A stretch of DNA of 64,000 nt from Bacteroidia bacterium (GTDB lineage: Bacteria > Bacteroidota > Bacteroidia > Bacteroidales > Paludibacteraceae). Location: the NCBI GenBank assembly GCA_009929375.1, contig SAAO01000003.1, forward strand, positions 53,128-117,127, in the 5' to 3' direction. Shown here one piece after another: positions 60,630 to 64,000 of the stretch; positions within the stretch are counted from its first letter, which is position 1, and each line of letters starts with the position of its first letter. Under the pieces are notes generated by a model. That model ran no database searches and had not been told where the DNA came from. It was given only the letters and a program-made list of their open reading frames with translations. The translations under genes and the position numbers were made by a program.

Positions 60630-60797
60630 CAACATTTTAAATTATTAGCAAAAGTATAATTGAAACGTCGAAAACGTTCATTTAGTTTGGAAAACCCCAA
60701 ATTCAACTATCGGCAATGGAAAAAATAAAGCTGCAAGAATTAAAGAAATTTTTCAGTAATAGAGTGAAAATATCAAGGTTATTCCGAAATAATTTGG

Positions 60798-60805
60798 TAA
60801 TTTTG
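60798..60805 (+). promoter_or_regulatory. -7 box TAATTTTG
   Basis: Exact TAnnTTTG, 118 nt upstream of ATG 60923. Confidence 0.35.
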
Positions 60806-60922
60806 CAGTCGATTTTAAGTGGGTAAATACCTGCAATTCACAAAACCGGAAAATTCAAATTAATCAACTAATATACAGTTATTTGAAAGCTTATATCAAA
60901 TAACAAATCAACAAAAAATGCT

Positions 60923-62419
60923 ATGCTGAATTATAAATTTGTAAGTGCCGAAGAGGCTGCAAGTTATGTGAATCACGGAGACATTTTGGGATTCAGCGGA
61001 TTTACTCCCGCAGGTTGCCCGAAAGAAGTGCCCACAGCTATTGCCAAACGTGCTGAAGCTTTTCATGCCGAAGGTAAAGAATTTAAAATTGGTATGTACA
61101 CCGGAGCATCGACAGGCGACTCGCTCGACGGAGCTCTGGCCCGTGCAAACGCCATTTTATTCCGTACTCCCTATCAGTCGAACAAAGATCTTCGTAACGC
61201 ATTAAACTGCGAACGTGCTCCGTATTTCGACATGCACCTGTCATCGCTTGCTCCTCACCTGCGTTTCGGATTTATGCCAAAACCACGCATTGCCGTGATT
61301 GAAGTGTGCGATCTGACCAACGACGGCGAATTGATTCCAACTACCGGTGTGGGTATCACTCCTACTCTGTGCAATCTGGCCGACCACATTATTGTGGAAT
61401 GGAATCACAATCATCCGAAAGAATTGCGTGGTTTCCACGATATTTTCGAGCCACTCGATCCTCCTCACCGCAAACCGCTTACTTTGCTTACACCAAGCGA
61501 ACGCATGGGAACTCCTTATGTGAAAGTAGATCCTAAAAAAATTCTCTGCGTAGTGGAAACACACCGCGACGACGAAGTGGGTGGCTTTACTCCAACTGAT
61601 GAAGTAACCGACAAAATTGGACAGAATGTAGCAAACTTCCTGGCCAACGAAATTAAATCGGGTCGTATTCCTAAAGAATTCCTTCCTATTCAGTCGGGTG
61701 TGGGTAATATTGCAAATGCTGTAATGGCTTCATTGGGTACTAACCCTGAAATTCCAAACTTCGAAATGTACACTGAAGTTATTCAGGACTCTGTAATTAC
61801 GTTGTTGAAAAATGGAAAAATTAAATTTGCCAGCGGTTGCTCGTTGACGATCACAACTCCTGTGCTGAAAGAAATCTACGAAAACCTTGAGTTCTTCCGC
61901 GATAAAATTGTGCTCCGTCCACAGGAAATGTCGAACAGCCCTGAGCTTGCACGTCGTTTGGGACTTATTACCATCAACACTGCACTCGAAGCCGACATTT
62001 TTGGTAATGTGAACAGTACGCACGTTATGGGATCGAAAATGATGAACGGTATTGGTGGTTCAGCCGACTTTACACGCAGCGCATATATTTCGATTTTCAC
62101 CACACCTTCGACAGCCAAAAACGGAAATATCAGTTCCATTGTACCAATGGTTAGCCACGTGGATCAAAACGAACACTCGGTAAATATTCTGATTACAGAA
62201 CATGGTGTTGCCGACCTTCGCGGAAAATCGCCAATTCAGCGCGCCGAAGCCATTATCGAAAATTGTGTGGCTCCTGAATACAAACAAATGCTGAACGACT
62301 ATCTGAAACTGTCAGGCCCATGTCATACTCCAACCAACTTACACGCTTGCTTCGGAATGCATACACAGTTTATGAAAACCGGCAGTATGTTGGGAACAAA
62401 CTGGGACGATTTTAAATAA
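60923..62419 (+). CDS. Acetyl-CoA hydrolase/transferase family protein (succinate/acetate CoA-transferase type)
   Basis: 498 aa. Family blocks GFSGFTPAGCPK, SGVGNIANAV, MNGIGGSADF, LITEHGVADLRG. Confidence 0.85.
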   Translation: MLNYKFVSAEEAASYVNHGDILGFSGFTPAGCPKEVPTAIAKRAEAFHAEGKEFKIGMYTGASTGDSLDGALARANAILFRTPYQSNKDLRNALNCERAPYFDMHLSSLAPHLRFGFMPKPRIAVIEVCDLTNDGELIPTTGVGITPTLCNLADHIIVEWNHNHPKELRGFHDIFEPLDPPHRKPLTLLTPSERMGTPYVKVDPKKILCVVETHRDDEVGGFTPTDEVTDKIGQNVANFLANEIKSGRIPKEFLPIQSGVGNIANAVMASLGTNPEIPNFEMYTEVIQDSVITLLKNGKIKFASGCSLTITTPVLKEIYENLEFFRDKIVLRPQEMSNSPELARRLGLITINTALEADIFGNVNSTHVMGSKMMNGIGGSADFTRSAYISIFTTPSTAKNGNISSIVPMVSHVDQNEHSVNILITEHGVADLRGKSPIQRAEAIIENCVAPEYKQMLNDYLKLSGPCHTPTNLHACFGMHTQFMKTGSMLGTNWDDFK

Positions 62420-62451
62420 TCCCGGCTGTTTGGAATTATCTGAAAACTAAC

Positions 62452-62487
62452 AAAAGAGGCTTACGAATCAAATCGTAAGCCTCTTTT
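62452..62487. terminator. Bidirectional terminator between the CoA-transferase gene and prfB
   Basis: AAAAGAGGCTTACGA-atcaaa-TCGTAAGCCTCTTTT, a 15-bp stem. Confidence 0.85.
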
Positions 62488-62507
62488 ATTTCCTGTCTCC
62501 TGAATGT

Positions 62508-63615
62508 TTAATCAGCAAATTCCATAAGGTAAGCTTTGATAAACGCATCGATATCGCCATCCATTACAGCATTCACATTCGAAGTCTGATAATTGGTACG
62601 ATGATCTTTCACACGACGATCGTCGAACACATAGCTTCTGATTTGCGAACCCCACTCAATTTTCTTTTTACCCGCTTCGACAACAGCTGAGGCAGCACGG
62701 CGTTTTTCGAGCTCAAGTTCGTAAAGTTGCGATTTCAATAAACGTATTGCATTGTCTTTGTTACCAAACTGCGAACGGCTTTCGGTGTTTTCAATCACAA
62801 TTTCGTCCATCTGATTGGTCACCGGATTCATAAACTTATAGTGCAGACGAACACCTGTTTCTACCTTGTTTACGTTCTGTCCACCAGCACCCGACGAACG
62901 GAAAGTGTCCCATGTCAGCATTCCAGGATTGATTTCAATCTCAATGGTATCATCCACCAAAGGAACCACAAACACCGAAGTGAACGAAGTCATACGTTTT
63001 CCCTGTGCATTAAATGGCGAAACACGTACCAAACGGTGTACACCATTTTCGCTTTTCAGGTATCCGTAAGCCATATCGCCTTCAATCTGCATGGTTACAG
63101 TTTTGATACCGGCCTCGTCACCTTCCTGGAAGTTAGTTATTTCCACTTTATAGCCCTGACGTTCGGCCCAGCGCTGATACATACGGAAAAGCATTTCTGC
63201 CCAGTCCTGCGCTTCGGTACCACCTGCACCGGCTACAATTTTAATCACAGCACCCAGCTTATCTTCTTCTTTCGAAAGCATATTCTGCATTTCGAGCGTT
63301 TCCACTTCGCTGAGAGCATGTGCATAAGCAGCATCCACTTCTTCTTCGGTAACGGCTTCCTCACGGAAAAAGTCCATTGCCAGTTCCAGTTCTTCGAGTG
63401 CAATTCGTACACCTTCGTAACCTTCGACCCATTTTTTCAGGTCTTTAATTTTCTTCATTTGCGCTTCAGCAGCTTTCGCATCGTCCCAGAAACCGGGAGC
63501 ATGTGTGCGCAATTCTTCTTCTTCAATCTGGATTACCTTCGAATCGACGTCAAAGATACCTCCTCAACGCGGTCCCGCGTTCCAACAAATCTTTAAGTTG
63601 GTCTGTAGTTATCAT
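62508..63615 (-). CDS. prfB: Peptide chain release factor 2, expressed via programmed +1 frameshift
   Basis: ORF0 is MITTDQLKDLLERGTALRRYL followed by TGA (63550..63552). Site is AGGAGG-tat-CTT-TGA-C (63549..63566, minus strand). The +1 frame continues DVDSKVIQIEEEELRTHAPGFWDD... and contains SPF and GGQ (SGAGGQNVNKVET). Confidence 0.95.
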
Positions 63616-63640
63616 TTTTTTAGTATTTAATTAATTGTAA

Positions 63641-64000
63641 TTATAAAAAGATTGCAGGCAAAAACACCAGAATAAACGCCATTGCAAAACCCGCAAGCGT
63701 TTGTAAGGGCGTATGAGCCTTGAGTTCGATGCGTGAAAGTGCTATCAGCGCCGATATGGCGAGCAGTAAAATAAGCAGCCAGAGAGGATTGTAAGCCATG
63801 CGGTAACATACCCCAAACACAGCTCCCACCAAACCTCCGATTCCTGAAAGGTGGGCAGAGATTTTCCATTTAAAATTGATGACCGTAATCAGCAAAATAG
63901 AAATGGTGGTAGCAGCTCCCATACCTACAATAAAAAAGGGCATATGTAAAGTGCGCCACAAAAAGAATGTCCAGAAAAGATAGGATATAAATGAGAAAAG
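63641..64000 (-). CDS. PAP2-superfamily phosphatase, N-terminus beyond the window
   Basis: KISAHLSG and SRIELKAHTPLQTLAG resemble PAP2 motifs 2 and 3. Multi-TM protein. Frame stays open to nt 64000. Confidence 0.6.
   Translation of the reverse strand, partial: LFSFISYLFWTFFLWRTLHMPFFIVGMGAATTISILLITVINFKWKISAHLSGIGGLVGAVFGVCYRMAYNPLWLLILLLAISALIALSRIELKAHTPLQTLAGFAMAFILVFLPAIFL

Overview
The window looks like a chromosomal segment of a Bacteroidota genome. Evidence: at least 19 exact TAnnTTTG -7 promoter boxes upstream of genes, a T9SS C-terminal sorting domain, a GldA-like ATPase, DUF5686 and DUF4834 proteins, and no Shine-Dalgarno dependence. It is densely packed with about 55 CDS and is mostly housekeeping: argB, an argE-like M20 enzyme, metF, birA, dacB, ogt, photolyase, xerD, proC, dtd, pssA, ruvB, cysS, rbfA, sppA, ahcY, lpxK, prfB, and the polyamine genes aguA, aguB and carboxy(nor)spermidine dehydrogenase. 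It also carries glycan-degradation genes: two tandem GH127 paralogs, a 1502-aa secreted GH2 beta-galactosidase and an esterase. A tightly packed six-gene ABC efflux operon has three consecutive lipoprotein HlyD-type adaptors. I saw no rRNA, tRNA, CRISPR array, transposase or integrase other than xerD. The most unusual content is non-coding. (1) Short-period 'word-stutter' tracts start 0-10 nt after the stop codons of at least nine genes. (2) One subset, with CAAAG/CTAAG words on the left and CTTTG/CTTAG words on the right plus ATGTCG/CGACAT ends, brackets a solitary GxxExxY PD-(D/E)XK gene; the same vocabulary also occurs as a cargo-less ~125-bp palindromic element. (3) Solitary accessory genes that look nuclease-like or are typical of mobile/defence contexts (GxxExxY, DUF1016/YhcG, RhuM, BRO-N/DinD) are interleaved one by one between housekeeping genes. 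(4) An orphan ~105-nt candidate sRNA with its own -7 box and intrinsic terminator lies in the sppA/ahcY convergent spacer. Two genes carry in-frame stop codons (DUF4834-like, TGA; RhuM, TAA), and prfB shows the classical programmed +1 frameshift site. All functional calls rest on motif and family recognition by eye; no database search was possible.
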